From an uncultured virus (IMG/VR IMGVR_UViG_3300006752_000023) (lineage: Duplodnaviria > Heunggongvirae > Uroviricota > Caudoviricetes), in the IMG/VR virus record IMGVR_UViG_3300006752_000023: a stretch of 64,000 nucleotides of DNA; one strand, 5' to 3'. The translations under genes were made by a program, and so were the position numbers. Position 1 is the first letter of the stretch, and every line of letters begins with the position of its first letter. Below the pieces are notes generated by a model that was not told the origin of the DNA, did no database searches, and saw nothing but the letters and a program-made list of their open reading frames with translations. Below, piece after piece: positions 27,805 through 36,639 of this stretch.

Positions 27805-28365
27805 TTACTTAGTTAGATCTCTTCGGAATTGTTGCTGACCATACCATGCTGTACCAGAAGGACCTTTCTGAGACCACCAACTAGGATGAGATTTTTTTGT
27901 ACTCATCTGAGCTGAACGATTAATTGTGTCTAGTGCAGGATCATTCTGAACTTTTAATTTAACTGCACCTTTATTATCAGCTTTAGTTCCTACACCATGA
28001 AGTCCACCAGTAGCACGGCGACCATCATTAGACGATGTAGAAGGAGAAGAATCAGATTTTGGAAGTCTGTCTTTAATAAACCTAGTCGCTGGTTGAACTA
28101 CACTCCGATTTAGACGCTCACCAGCAGACTTGATGCCATCTTTAAACTCACCAAAACTCTTAAGTCGGATTCCTTCATCAACAGTCTCCTCTTTCATTGA
28201 CCAACGCTTCCTAGCACCAGGCATACGACCTCTTGCAAGTATAGTAGGTTTCTTTAATTTCTTATCATATCCAGCAACAGGACCGGCAGCGTCAGATTTG
28301 CTACTAAATCCCCCAGATTGACCCACAGCATTGCCAGTCATCATTTCATTTAAAGGATCGTCCAT
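27805..28365 (-). CDS. Hypothetical K/G-rich protein
   Basis: 186-aa ORF; AAGPVAGYD motif. Confidence 0.7.
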   Translation of the reverse strand: MDDPLNEMMTGNAVGQSGGFSSKSDAAGPVAGYDKKLKKPTILARGRMPGARKRWSMKEETVDEGIRLKSFGEFKDGIKSAGERLNRSVVQPATRFIKDRLPKSDSSPSTSSNDGRRATGGLHGVGTKADNKGAVKLKVQNDPALDTINRSAQMSTKKSHPSWWSQKGPSGTAWYGQQQFRRDLTK

Positions 28366-28736
28366 TAGACTTCTCTAAGTTGCGTTAAACAATACTCATC
28401 ATCAATAATATTATTTAGTTCCGTGCGAGGAAATTCAGGAACTCTTCCGAGGTATGTCAAAAAACTCTTAGTACAGGACCAAAGTTCTTTATCCAATTTA
28501 AAATATAAAAGGGGAACTCCAGCATCACCAAAAACATTAAAAAGGACTATAAAGTGGTTTAGAATAAGATGAGTTCTCAACTCACCACTATTCTTATACC
28601 TCTTTAGTAGTCTTTTAATGTACTTAATTCTTTTAAGATCATCATAGAAGTCATCCTCAGTAACTGCTTGAGGATTCTCATAATTCTTAATTGCAAAAAG
28701 GAGATAGTTGCTATCGTTCAATTCATGGAATTTCAT
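28365..28736 (-). CDS. Conserved T4-like phage hypothetical protein
   Basis: AIKNYENP..DLKRIKYIKRLL..LILNH..NVFG. Confidence 0.8.
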   Translation of the reverse strand: MKFHELNDSNYLLFAIKNYENPQAVTEDDFYDDLKRIKYIKRLLKRYKNSGELRTHLILNHFIVLFNVFGDAGVPLLYFKLDKELWSCTKSFLTYLGRVPEFPRTELNNIIDDEYCLTQLREV

Positions 28737-28744
28737 TCACTCAA

Positions 28745-29248
28745 TTACTCATCTGTAGGATAAGCAATTCCGTTAGCACCAGTTTGAATACCAGAGGCAG
28801 CAACAAGAACTTCACTCTTGACTCTCAGATTGCCATGCATATCCATGTAAGTGGTAACACCAACCCATCCATGATGAGCAACACCGTATTGACCAGCAGT
28901 ATCTGTGGAAATACCGTAGACTAAAGAATCTGCCTCATCTCTTTCTTCTTGATATACACTGTCCTTAACAGTGTACATTGGCAGTTCGCTGATACCATAA
29001 GCAGTAGCAGCAATACTAACTGCACTAAGTCCAGCAGTAGAATCGATGGTAAGAATTCGGTCACTGGTGATACCACTGATAACAGCGTCACCATAATATG
29101 TACCAACACCACCACGGGTTCCAACCCGAATTACTTGACCAACTTCAACATCGGTTGTAAAAGTGGTCCCCGTGCCAGTTACAGTATTACCACTAACTGC
29201 AACAGTACCAAAGGTTTGAATATTGTCGTTAAGACCCCAGAGAGCCAT
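28745..29248 (-). CDS. Putative virion structural protein
   Basis: MALWG start, Thr/Gly-rich beta region, HHGWV..RVKSEVLVA; late promoter upstream. Confidence 0.7.
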   Translation of the reverse strand: MALWGLNDNIQTFGTVAVSGNTVTGTGTTFTTDVEVGQVIRVGTRGGVGTYYGDAVISGITSDRILTIDSTAGLSAVSIAATAYGISELPMYTVKDSVYQEERDEADSLVYGISTDTAGQYGVAHHGWVGVTTYMDMHGNLRVKSEVLVAASGIQTGANGIAYPTDE

Positions 29249-29281
29249 GTTCTTACACCCGAACTACAGTTTTCATACAAT

Positions 29282-29289
29282 TATTTATA
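29282..29289 (-). promoter_or_regulatory. T4-type late promoter TATAAATA
   Basis: Exact match upstream of 28745-29248. Confidence 0.8.
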
Positions 29290-29291
29290 AC

Positions 29292-29495
29292 CTACGCATC
29301 CTCGCGGGTTTTGATAGCCTTGGTGACAACTTCAAGAAGTTGATCATCCATATCAGTCTTGGTTAACTTAACCGCCTTAGCAAGAATAACAAGACAGATC
29401 TCAACCATCTTCTCACCCAGTTCTTCATTCTCAGGAATTTTAGAAATGGCATCGGTGATGATTTTTGATGCTAATGGAAGTAAAAAAGCAAGCAT
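29292..29495 (-). CDS. Hypothetical protein
   Basis: 67-aa ORF, LTKTDMDD motif. Confidence 0.72.
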   Translation of the reverse strand: MLAFLLPLASKIITDAISKIPENEELGEKMVEICLVILAKAVKLTKTDMDDQLLEVVTKAIKTREDA

Positions 29496-29526
29496 TATTA
29501 AAGAAGCGAACTTCTTTTATATAGGC

Positions 29527-30207
29527 TCAATCTTTTTCCTTTTTCTTCTTAGTATCCACGATTGCTTTATCACCATACTTAGCACGGATCTTTGCTTTCA
29601 CAACATCCATGGCAGAAGGTCCATCAGAAGAACGCTTCTTCTTGCCAAAGGTATTAGGTTTACCTGGTGCCTTATTGTAACGGTTGTTGCCGTCAACTCC
29701 GCCACGCTCCATGCGACGGTCTCTCAAAGAATCTTCAGTTTCCTCAACATTCAATGTTTTAGGATAATCCTTATCACCTTTCTTAGCAGGTTTTTCGCCA
29801 CGCTTACGCTTGGCATGGATATTATCCCAGAGACCTTTCTTACCTTCTTGAATGTCAGGGTTAATAGTTACTTTATTTTTTACAGACTTCTCGGTAATCT
29901 CTACTTCTTTTTCGTCTGAGTTGGTAGCTTTCTCAGACTTGTAGAGCTTTTTTTCAGTTAATTCTCCAACTTTTCCACGAAGAGAAACTTCAATCTCTTC
30001 CTTCTTTACTTTCTTAGCCTTGTCAGCAGCAATAGCAGCGCCAACATTTTTGCGACGATTTCTCAAATAAGAATCAGACTTATCAGAATCCCCATCATTG
30101 TCAATATCAGAATCTTCTTTACCGACAGGATCAAGTTTTTCCATAAAAACATTTGCCATGCTATTAAGCACGATCTGGTCGGCGCTATCTGCAATAAAAT
30201 TTGTCAT
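29527..30207 (-). CDS. Late K/E-rich protein (putative internal virion protein)
   Basis: LDPVGKEDSDIDNDGD, GLWDNIHAKRKRGEKPAKKGDKDYP modules; late promoter upstream. Confidence 0.7.
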   Translation of the reverse strand: MTNFIADSADQIVLNSMANVFMEKLDPVGKEDSDIDNDGDSDKSDSYLRNRRKNVGAAIAADKAKKVKKEEIEVSLRGKVGELTEKKLYKSEKATNSDEKEVEITEKSVKNKVTINPDIQEGKKGLWDNIHAKRKRGEKPAKKGDKDYPKTLNVEETEDSLRDRRMERGGVDGNNRYNKAPGKPNTFGKKKRSSDGPSAMDVVKAKIRAKYGDKAIVDTKKKKEKD

Positions 30208-30231
30208 CGATCCTGAATACTCAGCGGTCTC

Positions 30232-31428
30232 CTAACTTCTATTTATAAATGACTTTACCTTCTCTAAAGGAGTAAGTTTTTGAACATACTCTCTATAGGA
30301 ATCTGTACCGATTTCTCTTTTACTTGCGGGAACACCAGAAGGAATACGAGAAACATATTCAGTCAAATCTCTAATCCAAGATTTGAACATAATGCCTTCA
30401 GATGTAACAGCGATTACATGATTTGCACCGCGTCTAATAATTCTACCAACTAGTCCGGTATTTAAAGACTCTACAAGGGATCCCATACCAAACAGTCTAC
30501 CATTAACATAATTCTCTCTAAGAGTTTTTACATCATACTTAGGAGCAATTTGCCACATTTCTATGCCTTCTGTTACAGCTGCAGCACTCATAGATCTCTG
30601 AACGGTATTAAACAGTTCCCGAGCAATCATTCCTTTAGCAGCCTTAGGTAATCCTTTCTTAAAAGAATCAAAGTCACCATCAGCAGCTAAGGCTCGTAAT
30701 TTGGAAGCAGACATGCCCTCCACCCCTTCAGCATCGGGATCCCGTTCTCCTGCAGAGATGACATTAATCGCATCAAAATTATAGAGTTGCCCGTTGTATT
30801 TGTTCGCGAGCCCCTCAAACTCTTTTTGTCTATCAGCACCAACCACGATGTTGACGCTACTATATCCTTCGACATCAGCTTGCTTCATTGCATCTAGTAT
30901 AGTACGAACGGCAGGATCGTATATGATTGCGTTCGCATGCACAGGGAACATCTTCTTCATAAAGAGAACTTTAGTCTCAGAATCAAGAGGATTTTTCTGT
31001 GGATCTACTGAGTGAGATGGGTATACCATGTACTGCCCATTCTCTGCAGTATCTTTAATAGTATCAAGTAATTTTTCGTGACCTGCTGTAGGAGGATTGA
31101 ATCTACCAAATCCAATAGTAACAGTACCGCGAGTTTTTTCTACCTCTTCCTGCTCTTCAGGTTCACCAACTCCACCACTTTGTTGTGCTGAAGGAGGAGG
31201 ATTTTCTGGAGGTAAAGCTCTTGCGGCTCTTCCAGGTCTTTCTGGATCAGATTCTTGTGATGGTTTCCTACCACTAGAGAAAACTAACTCACCTTCTATA
31301 GTTCTACCAACAATCTTTCCAGCTGGATCAATCCATGATCCATGTCCATCACCTTTTAATCCAAGCTTCTTAGCTTGCTTTGCTGCGTTAGTCTGTGCTT
31401 CAGTTAAGAATTGAAAAAAATTCTTCAT
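30232..31428 (-). CDS. Cytidylyltransferase-like (HxGH) nucleotidyltransferase
   Basis: FGRFNPPTAGHEKL, KNPL, VVGADR, SAGERDPD, MSASKLR. Confidence 0.85.
   Translation of the reverse strand: MKNFFQFLTEAQTNAAKQAKKLGLKGDGHGSWIDPAGKIVGRTIEGELVFSSGRKPSQESDPERPGRAARALPPENPPPSAQQSGGVGEPEEQEEVEKTRGTVTIGFGRFNPPTAGHEKLLDTIKDTAENGQYMVYPSHSVDPQKNPLDSETKVLFMKKMFPVHANAIIYDPAVRTILDAMKQADVEGYSSVNIVVGADRQKEFEGLANKYNGQLYNFDAINVISAGERDPDAEGVEGMSASKLRALAADGDFDSFKKGLPKAAKGMIARELFNTVQRSMSAAAVTEGIEMWQIAPKYDVKTLRENYVNGRLFGMGSLVESLNTGLVGRIIRRGANHVIAVTSEGIMFKSWIRDLTEYVSRIPSGVPASKREIGTDSYREYVQKLTPLEKVKSFINRS
30240..30247 (-). promoter_or_regulatory. T4-type late promoter TATAAATA
   Basis: Exact match upstream of 29527-30207. 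Confidence 0.75.
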
Positions 31429-31430
31429 TA

Positions 31431-32036
31431 TTACGCAAACACCCGTCGTGTAGACTCAGCAATTCTATTTATGTTAAAGGATATAGTCATACGAAGTTTT
31501 TTACTATTATTTCTTTTAACAAAATGCTTCAGATGAGATGGAAATAAAATAATATCACCCTCTACAACTTTAGGAGTATGGTTTTCGTGTAGGTATTCGT
31601 TAATATCTTTATCTAGAAAACTTTCATCGAACATAAAAGAATGAATATTGTCTTGTGGGTTTTGAAATGTAGTAGCTTCATGCTCTTCGGAATCAAACAT
31701 TATGTAATGAATCCCGGAAAAGAATCCTGGCAAATGAGTATGAGATTCTTGAAACTGCTGTTGCTCATATGCATTCATCCAGATCTCATCGATGTAGGGA
31801 CGATCAAGTAGTCCCATTTCTCTTGACCATTCTCTCAAAATTTGAGTATAATGATCCCTATTTTCGAGAGGGAATGCACCCTGAAACTCTGTTCTACAAT
31901 CACAACTCCAACCATCAGGAGTCTCATTTGATGAATGATTAGACCAGGAGTTATACCTGTCTAACATATTTTGTCTCAGGTCAGGAAGATCTAAATGATA
32001 TTTAAAAATTCTACTGGGAAATAAATCAGTGTACAT
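31431..32036 (-). CDS. Putative 2OG-Fe(II) oxygenase (TIGR02466-like)
   Basis: LFPSRI, WMNAY, QESHTH, FSGIHY, EGDIILFPSHLKH, RMTISFN. Confidence 0.83.
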   Translation of the reverse strand: MYTDLFPSRIFKYHLDLPDLRQNMLDRYNSWSNHSSNETPDGWSCDCRTEFQGAFPLENRDHYTQILREWSREMGLLDRPYIDEIWMNAYEQQQFQESHTHLPGFFSGIHYIMFDSEEHEATTFQNPQDNIHSFMFDESFLDKDINEYLHENHTPKVVEGDIILFPSHLKHFVKRNNSKKLRMTISFNINRIAESTRRVFA

Positions 32037-33371
32037 TTAACCAAAAATAATGTTTCGTGCGTTTCCAAAATCACCCTTAAGTAAGGATTTAAATTGGGGG
32101 GAAAGAAATGCTTGGAACTGAGGTTGAGATTTAAAGTCACCCTTATATCTTAACTCAAGTTCTAAGAGATCTAGTGTACCTGCTCTAACTTTGAAAAATA
32201 ACTTAGCCGCATTTGATGACTCTGTTTTCGCAGTATCTATATCAATAGTTTTAGGTTGTCTTCTAAGATAAGCAAGAGCAAGTGCAACACTGTCAATACC
32301 AATACAAGTACCACTACCTTCCTGAATATTCATACCGTTGGACTTAGATATCGTAACCTGTCCCACTCCAGTAGTCAAGATAAATTCAAAGTCACTTCTA
32401 GTATACTCACTCATCTCATCCATCAGTTGTTTCTTAAGGATAAGATTGATTAAAGTATCAGCAAACAATTGCTGGTTTCTCTTAATAATAGTTAGAAACT
32501 GTTTATATAAACTGTTGGGTTGATTACCAACTTTACCAAGCCTCGCGTTTACATAATCACGCATGGCATTTGTGGTCTTTCTATCAACTTCTTTACTATT
32601 CAATAGAGTTGGATCACCAACAGCAGAAACATCTTTCAGATTAATTAATGGAACTGTTTGTATCTTACCATTTTTATAGATACCAATTCTAGTGCTCCAA
32701 AGTTTTTCTGGTGCAGCATTTCTAGGATTAGATCCATCAGGAAGTTGAGCAAGTCCAACTAAAGGACCGGTAGTTAATGCATCCCTAATTACTCCAGCAA
32801 AAAACTGCTGTCTGGCTTGCTGCAACTGTGCCTTGATAGGAGCAAATTGAGATCCATTCAATACAGTATCAAATGCTTTATTAATTAGAGTCGGGTCCGG
32901 TGCAGTTCCTTTTGGTTTTTTCTTTAGAGATACCCCAACATAATTAGATCCATACTGAAGAATCAAATCAGAAGAGTTAAAGTCTGCCATACCAAAAGCA
33001 GCAAACTTAAATTGCTGAACTTCTTTAGGCCATTGTGTACCTGTTAAGTATACCGCATTAGGAGTTGCATTCCCAGATATACCCTTCATTGCAGAATTTG
33101 TAGCAAGAAAAGATCTTACTGCTTTTACTGCAGAGATACCTACAACAAGATCAGAATAAAACTTATCTTTTTTTACAGAAGGTCCCAGAGTAACTGCTTT
33201 CTCAAAATCTTTTTTTACATTACCGGCACCAATAACTCCATTACTCATGTACCTCTGGTACATCGTATTGTAAAAGTTTTGGAGACTGGTCTCATCTTTG
33301 ACAGCAGCATCCATTTCTTGATTAGTGCATAAAGCACAACCTGCAAAAAATCCTTCAGACGGTTCAGCCAT
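32037..33371 (-). CDS. Hypothetical protein, possible PD-(D/E)xK-type nuclease
   Basis: 444-aa ORF; SSDLIL...GVSLKK resembles the D...SxK variant of the restriction-like fold. Confidence 0.55.
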   Translation of the reverse strand: MAEPSEGFFAGCALCTNQEMDAAVKDETSLQNFYNTMYQRYMSNGVIGAGNVKKDFEKAVTLGPSVKKDKFYSDLVVGISAVKAVRSFLATNSAMKGISGNATPNAVYLTGTQWPKEVQQFKFAAFGMADFNSSDLILQYGSNYVGVSLKKKPKGTAPDPTLINKAFDTVLNGSQFAPIKAQLQQARQQFFAGVIRDALTTGPLVGLAQLPDGSNPRNAAPEKLWSTRIGIYKNGKIQTVPLINLKDVSAVGDPTLLNSKEVDRKTTNAMRDYVNARLGKVGNQPNSLYKQFLTIIKRNQQLFADTLINLILKKQLMDEMSEYTRSDFEFILTTGVGQVTISKSNGMNIQEGSGTCIGIDSVALALAYLRRQPKTIDIDTAKTESSNAAKLFFKVRAGTLDLLELELRYKGDFKSQPQFQAFLSPQFKSLLKGDFGNARNIIFG

Positions 33372-33372
33372 T

Positions 33373-33405
33373 AAAAAAAGGGAGTACTACTCCCTCTTAT
33401 TTAGA
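33373..33405 (-). promoter_or_regulatory. Late promoter TCTAAATA overlapping a terminator-like hairpin directly before an ATG
   Basis: TCTAAATA ag AGGGAGT-agt-ACTCCCT TTTTTT a ATG. Confidence 0.7.
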
Positions 33406-33581
33406 TAGTCCTTTTCAGATTGGTACGGGATTGTCTTCCCTGTCCACAATTCGTATCCTTGTTTAAGTTCTGGCAAAAGCCACTGGTCCACACGAACACA
33501 CTGCTCCCAGTTGACAGGGTGAGCACAACTCACCACTACAACAGAAAAGAATGCTCGTAGGTGGATCCAGAGACTATACAT
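33387..33581 (-). CDS. Hypothetical protein
   Basis: 64-aa ORF, hydrophobic N-terminus with C..P.NW.QC. Confidence 0.68.
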   Translation of the reverse strand: MYSLWIHLRAFFSVVVVSCAHPVNWEQCVRVDQWLLPELKQGYELWTGKTIPYQSEKDYLNKRE

Positions 33582-33739
33582 TATTTGCCACTAGTATCGT
33601 AACCTAGTTTATCATCCTCTTCTTTTAATTTGCGAGAACGAATGCTTTGATGAAGAGCAGCAATTGCAGCTGCTACTTCAGGAGTTTCTTCCCACTCCCA
33701 AGTTTGTCCACCCTTATTGTTAAAGGTTCTCTTAGACAT
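33581..33739 (-). CDS. Small hypothetical protein (52 aa)
   Basis: Manual ORF MSKRTFNNKGGQTWEWEETPE...GYDTSGK*, coupled on both sides (TAATG). Confidence 0.72.
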   Translation of the reverse strand: MSKRTFNNKGGQTWEWEETPEVAAAIAALHQSIRSRKLKEEDDKLGYDTSGK

Positions 33740-34404
33740 TACCGGTCACCTTTCTGACGATTTTCTGAATAGTAAGCATCAAAAGTTCCTGATGGATAAC
33801 GCTTCGACAGTTTATCAATATTACGGTCGAGAACTTCTTCCAAAGAAATATCAAGTGCCATGCATGCCTGAGCAACATACCACATAACATCACCCAGTTC
33901 AATCTTCAGGTGCTCAATATTATCTTCTTCCCAGGGCTTGCCTTGAAAAATAATCTTCTTAACAATCTCCATGAACTCACCACCTTCAGCAGAGATACCT
34001 ACAGCAGCAGTTAGAAGACGCTGGATCTCACATCCACCTGCTTGAAGTGCAGCAACACGAGCAATAAACTGTGCAGGATCCTTAGATGGAGCACTAGTTA
34101 CTTGATTAACAAACTCAAGATAACCATCTTTAGGAGTATTTTGAGGAGAAGTCAAAACTACTGGCATGACTGGTGCTGCTGGTGGAGCAGGAGGAGTAGC
34201 AACAACTGGTGGTTGAGGATTAGTAGGATTACCTAGCTGGGGTCCAGTACGATCTTCTGGGTTATCAGACCATCCTTCAGTACCAGGATCGCCGGGTTCT
34301 GCTTCCCAAAACTCTTTAGCCCTAGGACGGCGAGGGGGAGTAGCAGTAGTAGGACGCTGAGGATCCGGTGTCGCATCAGCGATTGCGCTTGAATAAGTAG
34401 GCAT
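33739..34404 (-). CDS. mazG: MazG-like nucleotide pyrophosphohydrolase with Pro-rich N-terminal extension
   Basis: RLLTAAVGISAEGGEFMEIVKK, ELGDVMWYVAQAC, KLSKRYP. Confidence 0.93.
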   Translation of the reverse strand: MPTYSSAIADATPDPQRPTTATPPRRPRAKEFWEAEPGDPGTEGWSDNPEDRTGPQLGNPTNPQPPVVATPPAPPAAPVMPVVLTSPQNTPKDGYLEFVNQVTSAPSKDPAQFIARVAALQAGGCEIQRLLTAAVGISAEGGEFMEIVKKIIFQGKPWEEDNIEHLKIELGDVMWYVAQACMALDISLEEVLDRNIDKLSKRYPSGTFDAYYSENRQKGDR

Positions 34405-34406
34405 GA

Positions 34407-35267
34407 TTAAAATTGCGGTGCTGTTTGTTGTGGGTGATAGTTGAATAGTGTATCTAGCTTGAAATGTTCCCATGTGTAGGAAACAACATCGACATCTTTT
34501 TCTTCAAAGTTTAATCTCTCTGGATCTACAGAGAAAAAAGTTGATAACACTAACCTATCATTATCAGCAAACCAATTAGGTTTGATGTACGGATTGTGAA
34601 TTGTTCCCGTACTATAGACTACAAGACTATTATACATCATTTCAATAGAACTTTCAAATTTAAAGTCTTCGTAATCCTGAATTTGAAACCATTCGGAAGT
34701 AGTCACATCTTCATGCCGATCATAAAAATTATTGAATGCATTCTTATCGTCTCTATTAAACTCTAGAACATTACTCTTACCCCTAAAGGACCAGAATCCG
34801 GTCTTTACAGGATCAGAACTTTTTGAAAGATTGAGGTTTGAAACAATATGAGGAAGATCTTCTTCATTAGAATCCATTACTGCCGAATCAATATGCGGAT
34901 AGCAGCATAATCCGCCAGTAACATCTAAAGTCATATCACCTTTCGTGGATTGAATGTACATATCTAATGTACTCAATTCAGAAACTCCAAAGATTTTTTT
35001 CATTCTTTGGTTAAAACCACTACCAAGCATACTGAAAAGTCCAGGAGCAAACTGATGAGTTAGTCCAGGACGAATGATATCAGTATCACTAAAGTGCTGA
35101 GTTTCCCAGTAATCTAACTCAGAAATAAAATCATAAACTTTATCAGGATACTGGAAGACATCTCTTGCAGTAAGGATTGCAACCCCACCAGGCAAGAGAT
35201 GGTATTCAAATTCAAGATTATTGATTTGAGAAATATCATTCCATATTTTTGTTGCTGATTTAATCAA
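34407..35267 (-). CDS. 2OG-Fe(II) oxygenase-like protein (DUF6445-type)
   Basis: DVFQYPD, RPG, YPHID, KTGFW, YNSLVVY..IHNP, DRL. Confidence 0.7.
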   Translation of the reverse strand: MIKSATKIWNDISQINNLEFEYHLLPGGVAILTARDVFQYPDKVYDFISELDYWETQHFSDTDIIRPGLTHQFAPGLFSMLGSGFNQRMKKIFGVSELSTLDMYIQSTKGDMTLDVTGGLCCYPHIDSAVMDSNEEDLPHIVSNLNLSKSSDPVKTGFWSFRGKSNVLEFNRDDKNAFNNFYDRHEDVTTSEWFQIQDYEDFKFESSIEMMYNSLVVYSTGTIHNPYIKPNWFADNDRLVLSTFFSVDPERLNFEEKDVDVVSYTWEHFKLDTLFNYHPQQTAPQF

Positions 35268-36639
35268 ATTTAAACCCCTGAAATTTGTTTTCTTTTACAA
35301 AAGTTTCTTCTTTAGTATCATCGCCATCGCCATGGAGAGATCCACCTTCGCTTTGTTCACAATCATACAGCCTCATCTTCGATCTGTCAATACCAATAAC
35401 AAATCTCTTATTCATAGTCGGATCACCGTATCTATTCTTCAATTGCTTCACCATGATCTGCCCGAGTCCTTCAAGATCTTCAGATGAAATAAGGGCAAAC
35501 ATAAGATCAGCAGTAGCAGGGAGGCCAAAGGACTCGCTAGTGTCAGTAATGTCAACATCACTGCTACTATAACCAGAACGAGTGGTCTGGGTGGCAGAAA
35601 CGATAGGGACCTGGGCTTCGACAGCCAATCCTCTAAGTTCTTCAGCAATAGCCTTGATATAGCTATAAGAGTTGACGCCGATAGCTCCGCGATACCTAGC
35701 GGAAGCACAAATATTAAGGTAGTCAATGAAAATAATATCAGGGCGAAAAGATTTCTTAAGTGCCAGATCGTTGAGCAGAGATTTAAAATGTCCACTGTGG
35801 GCACTAGCTGTTGGATACTCTTTAATTATAAGAGTGCCCTGAGTTTTTGCAGCAACTTTAGATACTTTTGTCTCGAATAACTGACGAGGTAACTCTGTCA
35901 AGTCTCTGATATTAACATCTAAAAGGTTAGCGTCAATTCTTTCAGCAATTTTTTCCTCTGACATCTCCATTGTAATGTATAAAACATTTTTGCCCTGCAA
36001 TAAAACTGAACTTGCTAAATGACACATAAAAAGAGATTTACCAACACCAGTACCAGCTAGAGCAATGGTAAGTGTCTTATTGGGCATACCTCCTTTCGTA
36101 ATCTTATTAAAATATTCAAGATCGAATGGGATCTTTGATTCGTCTTTATGATAAAAGTCGTATCTTGCTTCATAATCTTGGAGATAATCATGACCAATAT
36201 GATTATCAAAAGAAACCGCAAGGGCATCTTGCATAATACCAGGGATAGAATCTCTGGTCTTTTCAGTATCTTTACCGTCTGCAATCTGAATAGACTCCAT
36301 CAGTGCCAAATAAATTGCCCGGTCGCGACACCACTTTTCAGTAGCATCTAACAACCACTGAGTATGAGTTTCACTCTCAGTCAATACTTCCACTAAGGTT
36401 AGAGCATCTTTACATTCAGATTCAGAGATATCACTACGATTTTGTACTTCAATATTAAGGATTTCTGGTGTTAGAATCCTATCGTATAGATTGACAAAGG
36501 AACTGATCTCCTCAAAAACAAGTCTTTCATTGCGCTCATCAAAATAATCAGGTTCTATAAATGGTAGAACCTTTCTAAGAAACTCTTCATCGTGAATGAG
36601 GTTTCTTAGAATAGTCAGTTCAATCCTGTCACTCATCAT
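35260..36639 (-). CDS. gp41: Replicative DNA helicase (T4 gp41)
   Basis: AGTGVGKS, ITMEM, IKEYPT, DYLNIC, SESFGLPATAD, QLKNRY. Confidence 0.97.
   Translation of the reverse strand: MMSDRIELTILRNLIHDEEFLRKVLPFIEPDYFDERNERLVFEEISSFVNLYDRILTPEILNIEVQNRSDISESECKDALTLVEVLTESETHTQWLLDATEKWCRDRAIYLALMESIQIADGKDTEKTRDSIPGIMQDALAVSFDNHIGHDYLQDYEARYDFYHKDESKIPFDLEYFNKITKGGMPNKTLTIALAGTGVGKSLFMCHLASSVLLQGKNVLYITMEMSEEKIAERIDANLLDVNIRDLTELPRQLFETKVSKVAAKTQGTLIIKEYPTASAHSGHFKSLLNDLALKKSFRPDIIFIDYLNICASARYRGAIGVNSYSYIKAIAEELRGLAVEAQVPIVSATQTTRSGYSSSDVDITDTSESFGLPATADLMFALISSEDLEGLGQIMVKQLKNRYGDPTMNKRFVIGIDRSKMRLYDCEQSEGGSLHGDGDDTKEETFVKENKFQGFKFD

Noticed and set aside
29359..29919. 186-aa plus-strand hydrophobic ORF
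   Set aside because: Mirror of Lys/Glu-rich minus-strand genes (AAA/GAA read as TTT/TTC); spans two real genes.
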